Origin: an uncultured Actinomycetes bacterium
GTDB taxonomy: Bacteria; Actinomycetota; UBA4738; HRBIN12
DNA length: 64,000 nucleotides
Assembly: GCA_963817235.1 (NCBI GenBank)
Contig: CAWFNS010000001.1
Location: 74,951 to 138,950 of the forward strand
Direction of reading: 5' to 3'
Below, piece by piece: positions 26,275 to 40,320 of the stretch (positions within the stretch are counted from its first letter, which is position 1; every line of letters starts with the position of its first letter). Under the pieces are notes generated by a model that worked only from the letters and a program-made list of their open reading frames with translations, was not told where the DNA came from and did not search any database. The position numbers were made by a program, and so were the translations under genes.

Positions 26275-27475
26275 GCGCGGGCCGGCCCACGGACATCAGC
26301 ACCATCCCGGTCCGCGGCTTCGGCCAGAAGAAGGTGGACTTGCGCGGCAGGCGTTCGCCTCGCTCCACCACCGCACGGATCCGGTCCGGCGAGGTCGGCG
26401 GCAGGAGATAGGCGGCCACGGCCACGCCGGACCGGATGGCGGCCGCCGCGTCCTCCGCGTCGTGCGTGAATCGGATCGCGTCCGCCGGCGCGATGCGGTC
26501 CAGGACCTGGTGGTGGAGCGCGGCCACGGTCGGCGGCTCGCCGGTGAGGCGGTGCAGCCCGAACCGGAGACGGCCGTCCTCCGAGCGGGTCGCCATCCCG
26601 TACCGCAGCGTGTCGTCGTCGACGCCGTCGAGCACGCTCATGAGATCCGGCGCGGCCTCCTCATCCCCCGGGCCGTCGGACGCCGCCGTGCCGGCGACCA
26701 GCAGCCGGTGGTACGGCAGGACGGGGACGTCCTGCACGCCCGCGTCCACGATCAGGGTCAGGATCCGGTCCCAGGGTCCCGGGCCCGTGTCGGCGTCGAG
26801 CTCGAGGCGGAAGCGAAGGGCCGTCGTGTAGCGGTGGTGACCGTCGGCGATCAGCAGCCGCTCCTGCGCCAGCCAGGTCGCCACATCCACGGTGCCCGCG
26901 ACCGGCCACATCCGATGCTCCACGCCCTCCTCGTCCAGGACGGCGAACGGCGGCGGCGTCCCCGCGACCTCGTCGAGCAGGCCGGCGAGCGGCCGGTTGG
27001 GGCCGGAGATGACCCCGTAGATCGGGGAGAGGTGCATCCCGGTGGCTCGGAGGAGTCGGAGCCGGTCCTCGACCGGCCCGGGCATCGTCTGTTCGTGGGG
27101 AACCACGTCCCCGCCCCACGGTTCCAGATCCATCGCGCAGAGCAATCCGCGGATCCTCCGGCGCCGGCCGCCGAGCGAGAAGCGCATCTCGTAGGCGAAG
27201 TAGGTGGGTTCGGGCGACCGCACGAAGATCCCGTCGGCGATCCAGCGTCGCAGGCGCTCGCCGGCGGCCTCGTACGGATCGGCCGCTTGTCCCGCGGCTG
27301 CCTCGGGATCGTCCTCGGCGAGGTCCAGGTGCACGATGTTGTACGGGCTGCCCGAGCGGTATCGGTCTCGGTGCGGCTCGCTGATAACGTCGTAGGGCGG
27401 TGCGGTCAGGCGATCGAGCGGACCGGCCGCCGCGACGTCGTAGGTCAGGCCGGCGAAAGGACCGATGCGTGGCAC
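26240..27475 (-). CDS. DUF1015-family protein
   Basis: 411 aa; MPRIGPFAGLTYD...LTAPPYDVISE N-terminus characteristic of DUF1015. Confidence 0.6.
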   Translation of the reverse strand: MPRIGPFAGLTYDVAAAGPLDRLTAPPYDVISEPHRDRYRSGSPYNIVHLDLAEDDPEAAAGQAADPYEAAGERLRRWIADGIFVRSPEPTYFAYEMRFSLGGRRRRIRGLLCAMDLEPWGGDVVPHEQTMPGPVEDRLRLLRATGMHLSPIYGVISGPNRPLAGLLDEVAGTPPPFAVLDEEGVEHRMWPVAGTVDVATWLAQERLLIADGHHRYTTALRFRLELDADTGPGPWDRILTLIVDAGVQDVPVLPYHRLLVAGTAASDGPGDEEAAPDLMSVLDGVDDDTLRYGMATRSEDGRLRFGLHRLTGEPPTVAALHHQVLDRIAPADAIRFTHDAEDAAAAIRSGVAVAAYLLPPTSPDRIRAVVERGERLPRKSTFFWPKPRTGMVLMSVGRPALTRPLRVPPAS

Positions 27476-27480
27476 CCGCC

Positions 27481-27861
27481 CTGTATAGCAGGCGAGATGA
27501 CTCGCCCTCGGCCTACGACCTGTACGCGCGCGGGAGCGAGATGCTGCGCGGGGGTCATCCGCACGCGGCGGCGATGCTCCTGTCGCGCGCGAAGCTGCTG
27601 GAGCCGGAGAAGGGATCGATCCGAGAGGCGCTCGGTCGCGCGCTCTACATGGCGGGGCGGACGGCCCGCGCGCGGCGGGAGTTCGCGAAGGCCGTCGCGT
27701 TGAACCCCTCGGACGACTACGCCCACTTCGCGCTGGCGCTCGCGTGTGAGCGGACCGGCCAGCTCCAGCGCGCGATCGGTCACGCGAAGCTCGCGAACGC
27801 GCTGCGGCCCGGCAACCGCGACTACGAGCGCATCCTGGCCCGCCTGGCGCCCGTCGGATGA
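27481..27861 (+). CDS. TPR-repeat protein (start uncertain; no canonical in-frame start near the conserved N-terminus)
   Basis: AYDLYARGSEMLRGGHPHAAAMLLSRAKLLEPEKGSIREALGRALYMAGR...AVALNPSDDYAHFALALA. Confidence 0.5.
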   Translation: MYSRRDDSPSAYDLYARGSEMLRGGHPHAAAMLLSRAKLLEPEKGSIREALGRALYMAGRTARARREFAKAVALNPSDDYAHFALALACERTGQLQRAIGHAKLANALRPGNRDYERILARLAPVG

Positions 27862-28640
27862 TCGCCGAAGGCTACGACGCCTTCCTGTTCGATCTGGACG
27901 GCGTGCTGTACCGGGCTTCGGAGCCCGTCCCCGGCGCCGCGGAGGCGGTCGGCGCGCTCCGCGCGCTCGGCAAGCGGCTCGCGTTCCTGACGAACAACTC
28001 CGCGCGCACCCCCGAGGAGGTGGCCGCGCACCTTCGGAGCGTCGGCGTCGAGGCGGCGCCGGAGGAGGTCGAGACCTCCGCCCTGTCGACGGCCGGCTTC
28101 CTCCGTGCCCGCGATGTCTCGACCGCGTTCGTGGTGGGGGAGCGAGGTCTGCGGGACGCGCTGTCGGCGGCGGGCGTGCGGCTCCTCGACGGCGAGCCCG
28201 ACGCGGCCGACGCGGTGGTGGTCGGGTGGGATCGCCAGGTCGACTACGAGAAGCTGCGTGTGGCGTCGGTGCTCGTCCAGCGCGGCGCCCGGCTCGTCGC
28301 CTCGAACGCGGACCCGTCGTACCCCGCTCCCGGCGGCGTGGCCTGGCCCGGCGCCGGCGCGATCCTGGCGGCGATCGAGGCGACGACCGGCATCGGGGCC
28401 GAGGTCGTCGGGAAGCCGAACGAGCCGATCTTCCGGGCGGGGCTCGAGCGCGCCGGCGGCGGCCGTCCGCTCGTGATCGGCGACCGGCTCGAGACGGACA
28501 TCGAAGGAGCGGCTGCGCCTGGGGTGGGACTCGATGCTCGTGCTGACCGGCATCGCCTCGCGCGCGGACCTGGGAGACGCGGCGGCCGGCGCCCGACGTA
28601 CGTCGCGGAGGACCTGTCGGCGCTGGTCGCGCCCAGGTGA
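27858..28640 (+). CDS. HAD-superfamily subfamily IIA hydrolase (NagD-like); compensating +1/-1 indels ~28520 and ~28595
   Basis: FLFDLDGVLY (motif I), FLTNNS (II), GKP (III), then the shifted frame gives the expected LGWDSMLVLTGIASRADLGDAAAGA before the ORF frame resumes at PTYVAEDLSAL. Confidence 0.8.
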   Translation: MIAEGYDAFLFDLDGVLYRASEPVPGAAEAVGALRALGKRLAFLTNNSARTPEEVAAHLRSVGVEAAPEEVETSALSTAGFLRARDVSTAFVVGERGLRDALSAAGVRLLDGEPDAADAVVVGWDRQVDYEKLRVASVLVQRGARLVASNADPSYPAPGGVAWPGAGAILAAIEATTGIGAEVVGKPNEPIFRAGLERAGGGRPLVIGDRLETDIEGAAAPGVGLDARADRHRLARGPGRRGGRRPTYVAEDLSALVAPR

Positions 28641-28741
28641 GGGCGGAGGGACCGGGTGAGCCGGCCGAGCGCGGTTCGTCCGCGGCTATGCTGGTCGCGA
28701 CCGGTAGACGCCGGCGCGAGGCACGATCAAGGAGCGAACAG

Positions 28742-29165
28742 ATGACCAGGGTCGACGATCTCCGAAGGGCACTCGAGGCCGCGATCGGCAACATGACCCC
28801 CGCGCGGGCACAGGAGCTCGCGAAGTCGTTCCTCGAGCCCGGAGCCGCGAAGGAACAGGTGGCGAAGACCGCCGCGGACATCCTGGATTGGTCCCAGCGC
28901 AACCGGGAACGCCTCACGCGACGTGATCCGCCGCGAGGTGGCGGATCAGATGAAGCAGGTCGGTGTCGCCACGCAGGACGATCTGGACACGGTGCGCAAG
29001 CGCGTGCGCGAGCTGGAGCGCCGCGCGGGCATGACCGCGTCCGGACGCGCCCGGGCGCGACGCAAGACCACCACGCGGAAGTCGACCGCACGGAAGTCGA
29101 CCGCGAAGAAGCCGACGGCCGCGAAGCGCTCCGCCGCGAAGCCGGCGGACGGATCCGGCGGCTGA
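28742..29165 (+). CDS. small conserved hypothetical protein (Lys/Ala-rich basic tail), one frameshift ~28920
   Basis: MTRVDDLRRALEAAIGNMTPARAQELAKSFLEPG...ILDWSQRNRERLT | DVIRREVADQMKQVGVATQDDLDTVRKRVRELERRAG...; sits upstream of tlyA as in the mycobacterial Rv1693-tlyA arrangement. Confidence 0.5.
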
Positions 29166-29184
29166 GCGCAGGACGAACCGCGGG

Positions 29185-29991
29185 ATGTCCCGTCGCCGCC
29201 TCGACGCGGAGCTCGTGCGTCGGGGGCTCGCGCCCAGCCGTGCGCAGGCGCGTGAGGCCGTCACCGCCGGGCAGGTGCGCATCGCGGGCATCACCGCGAC
29301 CAAGCCCGCCACGCTCGTCGCGGAGGACGCACCGGTGGAGATCGCCGGGTCGGCCCGACCCTTCGTCTCGCGCGGCGGCTCGAAGCTGGCGGCGGCCCTC
29401 GACCGCTTCGGCATCGACCCGGAGGGGCGGTCGTGCCTCGACGCCGGCGCCTCCACCGGCGGGTTCACGGATTGCCTGCTGCGTCGGGGCGCGGCCCGCG
29501 TGATCGCCGTCGACGTCGGCTACGGCCAGCTCGCCTGGGAGCTCCGGTCCGACCCCCGCGTCGTCGTCATGGACCGCACGAACGTCCGCACGCTGACGCG
29601 GGAGGCGCTGCCGTTCGAGCCGGAGCTCGTCGTGGCCGATCTCTCGTTCATCTCCCTGGGCTCGGTCCTGCCGGCGCTCGCGCAGCTCGGGACCGCCGCC
29701 GCCGGCTACGTGGTCCTCGTGAAGCCGCAGTTCGAGGCGGGGAGGGAGGCGGTGGGTCGAGGCGGCGTGGTTCGCGACCCCGAGGTGTGGCGGCGCGTGC
29801 TCGTGCAGGTGGGTGCGGCGGCGCAGGCGGCCGGGCTGGCGACGGCCGGGGTGATGGCCTCGCCGTTGCCGGGACCGGCCGGCAACGTGGAGTTCCTGCT
29901 GGAGCTGCGGCGCGGTCGAGCGCCGGTGGCGCCGCTGTCCGCGACGGACGTCGAGGCCGCGATCGCCGAGGGCGAGGTCCTGCGGCGATGA
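29185..29991 (+). CDS. tlyA: TlyA-family rRNA 2'-O-methyltransferase (S4 + FtsJ-like domains)
   Basis: RRRLDAELVRRGLAPSRAQAREAV (S4), FVSRGGSKLAAAL...CLDAGASTGGFTDCLL (SAM motif). Confidence 0.85.
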   Translation: MSRRRLDAELVRRGLAPSRAQAREAVTAGQVRIAGITATKPATLVAEDAPVEIAGSARPFVSRGGSKLAAALDRFGIDPEGRSCLDAGASTGGFTDCLLRRGAARVIAVDVGYGQLAWELRSDPRVVVMDRTNVRTLTREALPFEPELVVADLSFISLGSVLPALAQLGTAAAGYVVLVKPQFEAGREAVGRGGVVRDPEVWRRVLVQVGAAAQAAGLATAGVMASPLPGPAGNVEFLLELRRGRAPVAPLSATDVEAAIAEGEVLRR

Positions 29992-30824
29992 GCGTCGTCG
30001 GCCTCGTGGTGCACGAAGGCCGCGGCGCGGCGGTCGCCGCTGCGCGCGAGCTGGAGGCCGCGTTGGCGGCGACGGACGTCGCGAGCGTGGATCTGACGAA
30101 GGGCGCGCCGGCGGTCGATCTGGCGGTCTCGGTCGGCGGCGACGGCACGTTCCTGCGCGCGGCGCACCTCGCGGCGCAGGCGCAGGTGCCGGTGCTCGGC
30201 GTGAAGGTCGGGCGTCTCGGGTTCCTCACGGAGGTCGAGCCGCCGGAGGCCGCAGGCCTGATCGCGGACGCGCTCGCCGGCGGCGCGAGGATCGAGGAAC
30301 GGCTGGCCGTGGTCGCCGAGCCCGCCGACGGCGGCGTGTTCCCGCCGGAATGGGCCCTCAACGAGATCATGGTCGAGAAACGGGCCCGCCACCGGCTGAT
30401 CCGGCTCCGCGTCGAGGTGGACGGCGACTACGTCACGACGTTCTCGGCCGACGGCGTGATCGTGGCGACGCCGACGGGCTCGACGGCCTACTCGTTCTCC
30501 GCTCGCGGGCCGATCGTGACGCCGGACGTCCCGTGCCTCGTGCTGACGCCGATCGCCGCGCACATGGTGTTCGACCGGTCGTTCGTGCTGGCCGCCGATC
30601 AGACCGTGGTCCTGACCGTGGTCGGCGACGAGCCGGGGCTGGTCTCGGCGGACGGCCGGGAGACGCACGAGATCGCGGTGGGGACCTCGGTGCGGATCCG
30701 GGCGTCCGGGCGGCCGGCCCGGCTCGTCCGGCGACCGACCGGCGCGAGCTTCCTGGCCCGGGTGCGCGAGAAGTTCGACCTGCCCGGCGATTCGGCTCCC
30801 GGAGATGTCGGTGGCGGTGGCTAG
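29988..30824 (+). CDS. nadK: NAD kinase
   Basis: AVSVGGDGTFLRAAH (GGDG), ...DGVIVATPTGSTAYSFSARGPIV; ATGA overlap with tlyA. Confidence 0.9.
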   Translation: MSVVGLVVHEGRGAAVAAARELEAALAATDVASVDLTKGAPAVDLAVSVGGDGTFLRAAHLAAQAQVPVLGVKVGRLGFLTEVEPPEAAGLIADALAGGARIEERLAVVAEPADGGVFPPEWALNEIMVEKRARHRLIRLRVEVDGDYVTTFSADGVIVATPTGSTAYSFSARGPIVTPDVPCLVLTPIAAHMVFDRSFVLAADQTVVLTVVGDEPGLVSADGRETHEIAVGTSVRIRASGRPARLVRRPTGASFLARVREKFDLPGDSAPGDVGGGG

Positions 30825-30833
30825 GATGCGGGC

Positions 30834-34209
<3,376 letters not shown>

Positions 34210-34214
34210 GCCGG

Positions 34215-34727
34215 ATGCCCGAGCCGCTGGGCGCTCGCCGGGCGTGGGAGGGCCGTTGGCTCTCCGTCTGGCTCGAGGATTGGCCGGGTCTCGACGCCTA
34301 CGAGACGGTCCGCAAGCACGACGCCGTCGGGATCGTGCCGAGGACGCCCGACGGCGACGTCCTGCTCGTGCGGCAGTTCCGTCCGCCCGTGCGCGACGCG
34401 CTCACGGAGATCCCGGCCGGACTCCTCGACGTCGAGGGCGAGGACGCGATGACGTGCGCCGGGCGCGAGCTGTTCGAGGAGACCGGCTTCCACGCCGAGA
34501 CGTTGACGTTCCTCGGCGGCGCGTACCTGTCGCCGGGCTTCACCGACGAGTACATGCACCTGTTCGCGGCGCGCACCCGCCCGGAGCCGGAGGGGGAGCC
34601 GGAGCCCGGCATCGAGGTGGTGCGGATGCCGTTCGACGACGCGGTCGCGGCCGCACGCGCGGGACGGTTCCGCAACGCCAGCACCGCCCTGGCACTCCTG
34701 CTCGCCGCCGCGCAGCCGGGGCCGTGA
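34215..34727 (+). CDS. NUDIX hydrolase (ADP-ribose pyrophosphatase-like)
   Basis: Nudix box GRELFEETGF; follows pyrG as in actinobacterial synteny. Confidence 0.8.
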   Translation: MPEPLGARRAWEGRWLSVWLEDWPGLDAYETVRKHDAVGIVPRTPDGDVLLVRQFRPPVRDALTEIPAGLLDVEGEDAMTCAGRELFEETGFHAETLTFLGGAYLSPGFTDEYMHLFAARTRPEPEGEPEPGIEVVRMPFDDAVAAARAGRFRNASTALALLLAAAQPGP

Positions 34728-35659
34728 TCGACCCTGCGGTGCAGCGGTTCCTCGATCATCTCACCGTGGAGCGTGGCCTCTCGTCGAACACGATCGCCGC
34801 GTATCGCCGCGACCTCGCTCGGTACACCGCGTTCCTGGAGCACCGGGGGATCGCGTCGCCCGACGAGGTCGAGCCGGCCGACGTCCGGTCGTTCGTCGCG
34901 TCGATCTCGGCGGCGACCCACGGGCCGGAGGAGGCGCCGTACGCGGCGACGTCCGTCGCGCGCGCGCTCTCGGCCGTGCGGTCGTTCCACCGGTTCCTCG
35001 TCCGCGACGGCGTGACCGATCGCGACCCGAGCGCCGGCGTGGTCCGGCCGAAGCTGCCTCGCGCGCTGCCGCATCCGCTGTCCGTCGACGAGGTCCGCGC
35101 CGTCGTCGAGGCGCCCGACCCGACCCACCCGGCGGGGATGCGGGACCGGGCCATCCTCGAGCTGCTGTACGGGGCCGGCCTGCGGATCTCCGAGCTCACG
35201 GGGCTGGACGTCGACGATGTCGACCTGCAGGACGGGTTCGTCCGGGTCCTCGGGAAGGGCGGCAAGGAACGCGACGTCCCGGTGGGCCGCTACGCCCGGG
35301 ACGCCGTCCAGACCTACCTCACGCGGGCCCGGCCGGCCTTCGCCACCGGCCGCACCCGCGGCGCGCTGTTCCTCAACACCCGGGGCGGCCGCCTCACGCG
35401 ACAGAGCTGCGCGCAGATCCTGACCCGGGCCGCGGAGACCGCCGGGATCGAGCGTCGCGTGACGCTGCACGACCTGCGACACTCGTTCGCGACGCACCTG
35501 CTCGACGGGGGCGCCGACGTCCGGGTCGTCCAGGAGCTGCTGGGGCACGCGAGCGTCGCGACCACGCAGATCTACACGCTCGTGACGAAGGAGCACCTGC
35601 GGGAGGTGTACTACTCGTCGCACCCGAGGGCGCGGCGCGGGTCGGGGAAGGGGGGATGA
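34724..35659 (+). CDS. xerD: tyrosine recombinase XerD
   Basis: ...LELLYGAGLRISELTGL...RVLGKGGKER...LRHSFATHLLDGGADVRVVQELLGHASVATTQIYT (R..HxxR..Y catalytic set); GTGA overlap with nudix. Confidence 0.85.
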   Translation: MIDPAVQRFLDHLTVERGLSSNTIAAYRRDLARYTAFLEHRGIASPDEVEPADVRSFVASISAATHGPEEAPYAATSVARALSAVRSFHRFLVRDGVTDRDPSAGVVRPKLPRALPHPLSVDEVRAVVEAPDPTHPAGMRDRAILELLYGAGLRISELTGLDVDDVDLQDGFVRVLGKGGKERDVPVGRYARDAVQTYLTRARPAFATGRTRGALFLNTRGGRLTRQSCAQILTRAAETAGIERRVTLHDLRHSFATHLLDGGADVRVVQELLGHASVATTQIYTLVTKEHLREVYYSSHPRARRGSGKGG

Positions 35660-36012
35660 CGGTGCTCGACGAGGCGGTGCTCGCCCGCCTGCGCGACGAG
35701 CTCGAGCGGCAACGGACGGACCTCCGTCACGAGATCGAGGAGTACGGGGCCGATCCGGAGTCCGACGAGGTCACGTTCGACGCCGACGCGGGGTTCTCGG
35801 ATCGATCCCACAGCACCGAGGAGCGCTCGCGGGTGATCGCCGTGGTACGCGCGCTCCGTTCGAACCTGCACGACGTGGAGCGCGCGATCGCGAAGATGGA
35901 CGCCGGCACGTACGGCACCTGCGAACGCTGCGGCCGCCCGATCGCGCCGGAGCGGCTCGAGGCGATCCCCTGGGCCCTGCTCTGCATCGACTGCAAGAAG
36001 CTGGCGGGGTGA
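35656..36012 (+). CDS. TraR/DksA-family C4 zinc-finger protein
   Basis: [25 protein letters not shown]. Confidence 0.75.
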   Translation: MTVLDEAVLARLRDELERQRTDLRHEIEEYGADPESDEVTFDADAGFSDRSHSTEERSRVIAVVRALRSNLHDVERAIAKMDAGTYGTCERCGRPIAPERLEAIPWALLCIDCKKLAG

Positions 36013-36013
36013 G

Positions 36014-37202
36014 GTGGGGGACCCGCGCGTTCCTCGCGTCTGCCTGATCGTGTGCGATTCCTGGGGCGTGGGCGACGCTCCCGACGCCGCGGCCTACGGC
36101 GACGAGGGATCCGACACGCTCGGGAACACGGCGCGCGCGGTGGGCGGCGTCCACCTGCCGAACCTCGAGGCCCTCGGGTTGGGGCACCTGAGCGACATCG
36201 AGGGCGTCCACCCTCGCGCCGAGGCCGGCTCCGCCCACGGCCGCGCGACCGAGGTCTCGGCCGGGAAGGACACGACCACCGGGCACTGGGAGATGATGGG
36301 GATCCGGCTCGACCGGCCGTTCCCGTTGTATCCCGAAGGCTTCCCGCCCGAGGTGCTGGGGCCCTTCGAGGAGGCGATCGGTCGTGGCGTGCTCGGCAAC
36401 GTGCCGGCATCCGGAACCGAGATCATCGAGGAGCTCGGCGGCGAACACCTCGCGACCGGGCGCCCGATCGTCTACACGAGCGGTGACTCCGTGTTCCAGA
36501 TCGCGACCCACGTGGACGTGGTGCCGCTCGAACAGCTCTACGCGTGGTGTCGCGTCGCGCGCCGGATCCTGACCGGCGAGCACGCCGTCGGTCGCGTGAT
36601 CGCGCGGCCGTTCGACGGGCCACCGGGGAGCTTCGTGCGCCGTCCCGAGCGCCGAGACTTCAGCCTGCCGCCGCCGGGTCCGACGGTGCTCGACCACCTG
36701 GCCGCCGCGGCCGTCTCCGGTCCTCACCGTCGGCAAGATCCGCGACATCTTCGATGGGCACGGCATCACCGAGGGGCGGTACTCGGACTCGAACGACCAC
36801 GGCGTCGACCTCACGATCGAGTACCTCGCCCGTCCGGAACCGGCGTTCGTGTTCGCGAACCTCGTGGACTTCGATTCGAAGTACGGGCACCGCAACGACG
36901 CACCCGGCTATGCCGCGGCGATGGAGGCGTTCGATCGGCGGCTCCCGGACGTGCTCGCCGCGCTCGACGGCGGCGTGCTGTTCATCACGGGCGACCACGG
37001 GTGCGACCCGACGACGCCGCCGACCGACCATTCGCGCGAGCGGACACCCCTGCTCGCCGCCGGACTGCGCGGCGGGCCGCATCGGATCGGCACGCGCGGG
37101 ACGTTCGCCGACCTCGGGCAGACCGTGGCCGACCTGCTCGGCGTCGCGGCGCCGACCTCGCTCGGCTCGAGCTTCGCGGCCGACCTCGGATGCGCCGGCT
37201 GA
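36014..37202 (+). CDS. deoB: phosphopentomutase, frameshift ~36725
   Basis: [30 protein letters not shown]...TGHWEMMG; after shift ...[17 protein letters not shown]...[16 protein letters not shown]...[11 protein letters not shown]. Confidence 0.8.
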
Positions 37203-38539
37203 CCGTGGCGGAGCGTTCTCGGATGACGAGGTGGGATCCGCGGACGGTGATCGCGGCGAAGCGCGACGGCGGAACCCTTGCGCCGGAAGAGATCGAGCGG
37301 TTCGTCCTCGCGTACGCGCGCGGCGAGCTCGGCGATGGACCGGCGGCCGCCTTCCTGATGGCCGCGCTCCTGAACGGGCTCGACGACGGCGAGACGCTGG
37401 CGATGACGGACGCGATGATCGCGTCCGGTGAGACGGTCGCGTTCGGCGATCTCGGGCGGCCCTCGGTGGACAAGCACTCGACCGGCGGGGTCGCGGACGG
37501 CGTCACGCTCGTGTTCGCCCCGCTCACCGCCGCGCTCGGCCTCGCCGTCGCGAAGCTCTCCGGCCGCGGCCTCGGTCATACGGGCGGGACGCTCGACAAG
37601 CTCGAGTCGATCCCCGGGTTCCGGACCGGCCTGTCGCCGGTCGAGATCGCCGAACAGGTGCGAGCGGTCGGGTGCGCCGTCGCCGCGCAGTCGCCGGCCC
37701 TGGTCCCGGCGGACGGCGCGCTCTACGCGCTGCGGGACGCGACCGCCACCGTCGGGTCGATCCCGTTGATCGCCGCCAGCGTGATGTCGAAGAAGCTCGC
37801 CGTCGCGACCGACTTCATCCTGCTCGACGTGAAGGCCGGCTCCGGGGCGTTCATGCGAACCCGCGATGAGGCGCGCTCGCTGGCGAGCGCCTGTCTGGCA
37901 CTGGCCCGCGGCGCGGAACGGCCGGCGGCGGCCGCCGTCACCGACATGTCGCAGCCGCTCGGCGACGCCGTCGGCAACGCGCTCGACATCGTCGAGACCG
38001 TCGCGATCCTCCGCGGCGAGGAGCGCGGCCGCCTGCGGGAGCTCGCGGTGTGGTTCGCGGCGCGCGCCGTCGAACGGCTCGAGGGGGGCTCGTTCGAGGA
38101 CGCCCTGGCCCGGGCCGAGGCGGCGCTCGACGACGGATCGGCGCTCGACCGCTTCCGGCGGATGGTGCAGGCGCAGGGCGGCGACCCTCGGGTCGTCGAC
38201 GATCCCGCCGGGGTCCTGCCACGCGCGCCGGTCGTCGTGCCGCTCCTGGCCGACCGCGCCGGGATCGTCGCGGCGGTCGCCGCCGACCGGATCGGGGTCG
38301 CGAGCGGCGCCCTCGGGGCCGGACGCCTCCACAAGGGTGACCCGATCGATCCCGCCGTCGGTATCGTGATGCGCCCGAAGATCGGCGACCGCGTGGAGGT
38401 GGGGGAGACGCTCGGGGAGGTCCACGCGAGGACCGACGAGGATGCGGACGAGGCCGTCGGCCACACCCTGGCGGCGCTGACGCTCGTCGAGCACGAGGTC
38501 GAGCCGCCGCCGCTCGTGCACGATTGGTTGCCGGGATGA
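37190..38539 (+). CDS. deoA: thymidine/pyrimidine-nucleoside phosphorylase
   Basis: [19 protein letters not shown]...[19 protein letters not shown]...[20 protein letters not shown]. Confidence 0.85.
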   Translation: MRRLTVAERSRMTRWDPRTVIAAKRDGGTLAPEEIERFVLAYARGELGDGPAAAFLMAALLNGLDDGETLAMTDAMIASGETVAFGDLGRPSVDKHSTGGVADGVTLVFAPLTAALGLAVAKLSGRGLGHTGGTLDKLESIPGFRTGLSPVEIAEQVRAVGCAVAAQSPALVPADGALYALRDATATVGSIPLIAASVMSKKLAVATDFILLDVKAGSGAFMRTRDEARSLASACLALARGAERPAAAAVTDMSQPLGDAVGNALDIVETVAILRGEERGRLRELAVWFAARAVERLEGGSFEDALARAEAALDDGSALDRFRRMVQAQGGDPRVVDDPAGVLPRAPVVVPLLADRAGIVAAVAADRIGVASGALGAGRLHKGDPIDPAVGIVMRPKIGDRVEVGETLGEVHARTDEDADEAVGHTLAALTLVEHEVEPPPLVHDWLPG

Positions 38540-38549
38540 TGCGGCCGGG

Positions 38550-39245
38550 ATGGGGGTGCGCGTGATGGTGGCGGTGGGGAACTTCACCGCGCTCGGGTTC
38601 CGCCTCGCCTCCTACATGCTGGTGTCGCTGCTGATCGGCATGAGCGTGCGCGAATACGCGCGCGCCAGCGTCGCGGTGCGTCTGGGCGACCCCACGCCGC
38701 GCCTCTGGGGCCGTCTCACGCTCTCGCCGAAGGCCTGGTTCGAGCCCTTCGGCAGCGGCCTCGTGCCGGCCCTGATCGCCGTCCTGTGGACCGTCCAGGC
38801 GCTCGTCATCCCGGCGGCCTACGGCAAGCCGGCGCCGATCGACCCGAACCGGTTCCGGGATCAGCGGCGCGACGTCGTCCTCGTCTCGTGCGCCGGGCCG
38901 GTCGCGACGCTCCTGCTCGGGATCCTCGCCGGTCTCGTCCTGCGGAGCGTCGCGATGCCGCCGGAGATGATCCGGGCCCTGCTGACGTTCGCCTACACCA
39001 GCATGTCGCTCACGATCTTCCACCTGCTGCCGATCCCCGGGCTCGACGGCGCCCGGATGGTCGCGCTGATCCTTCCGCGCGACGCCGCCGAGGTCTATCG
39101 CGGCGCCGACAAGTACCTGCCGCTGCTCGTCCTGGTGATCGTGTTCGTGTTCAGCTCGCTCGTGCTCGGGATCCTGACCTCGTTGACGGGCGCCCTGTGC
39201 AACGCCGCGACCGGTGTGAACTGCCTGCGACTCCTGTCCTTCTAG
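38550..39245 (+). CDS. site-2 protease (peptidase M50, COG1994)-like membrane protein with degenerate HExxH (REYAR)
   Basis: SVREYARASVAVRLGDPTPRLWGRLTLSPKAWFEPFGS aligns with M50 [28 protein letters not shown]...; downstream FHLLPIPGLDGARMV matches NLLPIPPLDG. Confidence 0.55.
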   Translation: MGVRVMVAVGNFTALGFRLASYMLVSLLIGMSVREYARASVAVRLGDPTPRLWGRLTLSPKAWFEPFGSGLVPALIAVLWTVQALVIPAAYGKPAPIDPNRFRDQRRDVVLVSCAGPVATLLLGILAGLVLRSVAMPPEMIRALLTFAYTSMSLTIFHLLPIPGLDGARMVALILPRDAAEVYRGADKYLPLLVLVIVFVFSSLVLGILTSLTGALCNAATGVNCLRLLSF

Positions 39246-39312
39246 AGGGACGGCGGCGTTCTCGCTGCGCCTTCCGGCCGCGCGGGAACCCCGCGCTATC
39301 ATCGCGGCCATC

Positions 39313-40320
39313 GTGAGCGCTGACGTCGAGGTCCGAACGAAGCGCGTCCTCACGGGGTTCCGACCCACCGGTCCGATGCATCTGGGCCATTGGGCCGGGA
39401 ACGTCGAGAACGCGGTCCGCCTCCAGGAGGAGGGCTACGACTGCTTCTACTTCGTCGCCGACTGGCACATGCTCACGACCGACTACGACCGCACGGAGGC
39501 GCTGCCGGATCGCGTCGAGGGCCTCGTGCTGGATCTGCTGGCCGCGGGGCTCGACCCCGAGCGCGTCACGATCTACCGGCAGTCCGATCTGCCCGAGGTC
39601 GCCGAGATGGCGCTGCTGCTGGGCATGATCACGCCGCTCGGCTGGCTCGAGCGGGTGCCGACCTACAAGGAGCGTCTCCGGGACCTCGCCGAACGGGACA
39701 TCTCGAACTTCGGGCTGCTCGGGTACCCGCTGCTGCAGACGGTCGACATCACGATCGTCCGCGGCGAGCTCGTGCCGGTCGGGGAGGATCAGGTCTCGCA
39801 CCTCGAGATCAGCCGGGAGATCGTCCGGCGGTTCAACCGGCTCTACGGCGACGTGCTCCTGGAGCCGCAACCGCTCCTGTCCGACACGCCGCTGATCCCC
39901 GGCTCGGACGGCCGGAAGATGTCGAAGACGCTGGACAACTTCATCGGGGTCCGGGACGACGAGGACGCGATCCGGGCGAAGGTGCGCTCGTTCATCACGG
40001 ACCCCCAGAAGATCCGCCGCGGGGACCCCGGCCGCCCGGAGATCTGCCCGATCTTCGCGCTGCATCGCAAGTTCTCACCGGCCGACGTGGATCGGATCGA
40101 GGCCACCTGCCGCACCGGTGAGCTGGGGTGCGTCGACTGCAAGACGCTCCTGGCGGATCACCTGATCGAGTACTTCCGCGGCTACCGGGAGCGGCGCGCC
40201 GAGCTCGAGACGCGGCCCGGTCTCGCGGGGACCGTGCTCGCGGCGGGCGCGGAGCGCGTGCGTCCGATCGCCCGGGCGACCCTCGACGCCGTGCGAGCGG
40301 CGATGCACTTCGATCCATGA
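39313..40320 (+). CDS. trpS: tryptophan--tRNA ligase
   Basis: VLTGFRPTGPMHLGHWAGNV (HIGH-like), KMSKT (KMSKS). Confidence 0.9.
   Translation: MSADVEVRTKRVLTGFRPTGPMHLGHWAGNVENAVRLQEEGYDCFYFVADWHMLTTDYDRTEALPDRVEGLVLDLLAAGLDPERVTIYRQSDLPEVAEMALLLGMITPLGWLERVPTYKERLRDLAERDISNFGLLGYPLLQTVDITIVRGELVPVGEDQVSHLEISREIVRRFNRLYGDVLLEPQPLLSDTPLIPGSDGRKMSKTLDNFIGVRDDEDAIRAKVRSFITDPQKIRRGDPGRPEICPIFALHRKFSPADVDRIEATCRTGELGCVDCKTLLADHLIEYFRGYRERRAELETRPGLAGTVLAAGAERVRPIARATLDAVRAAMHFDP

Noticed and set aside
36908-38587. 559-aa minus-strand ORF
   Set aside because: Antisense to deoB and deoA.
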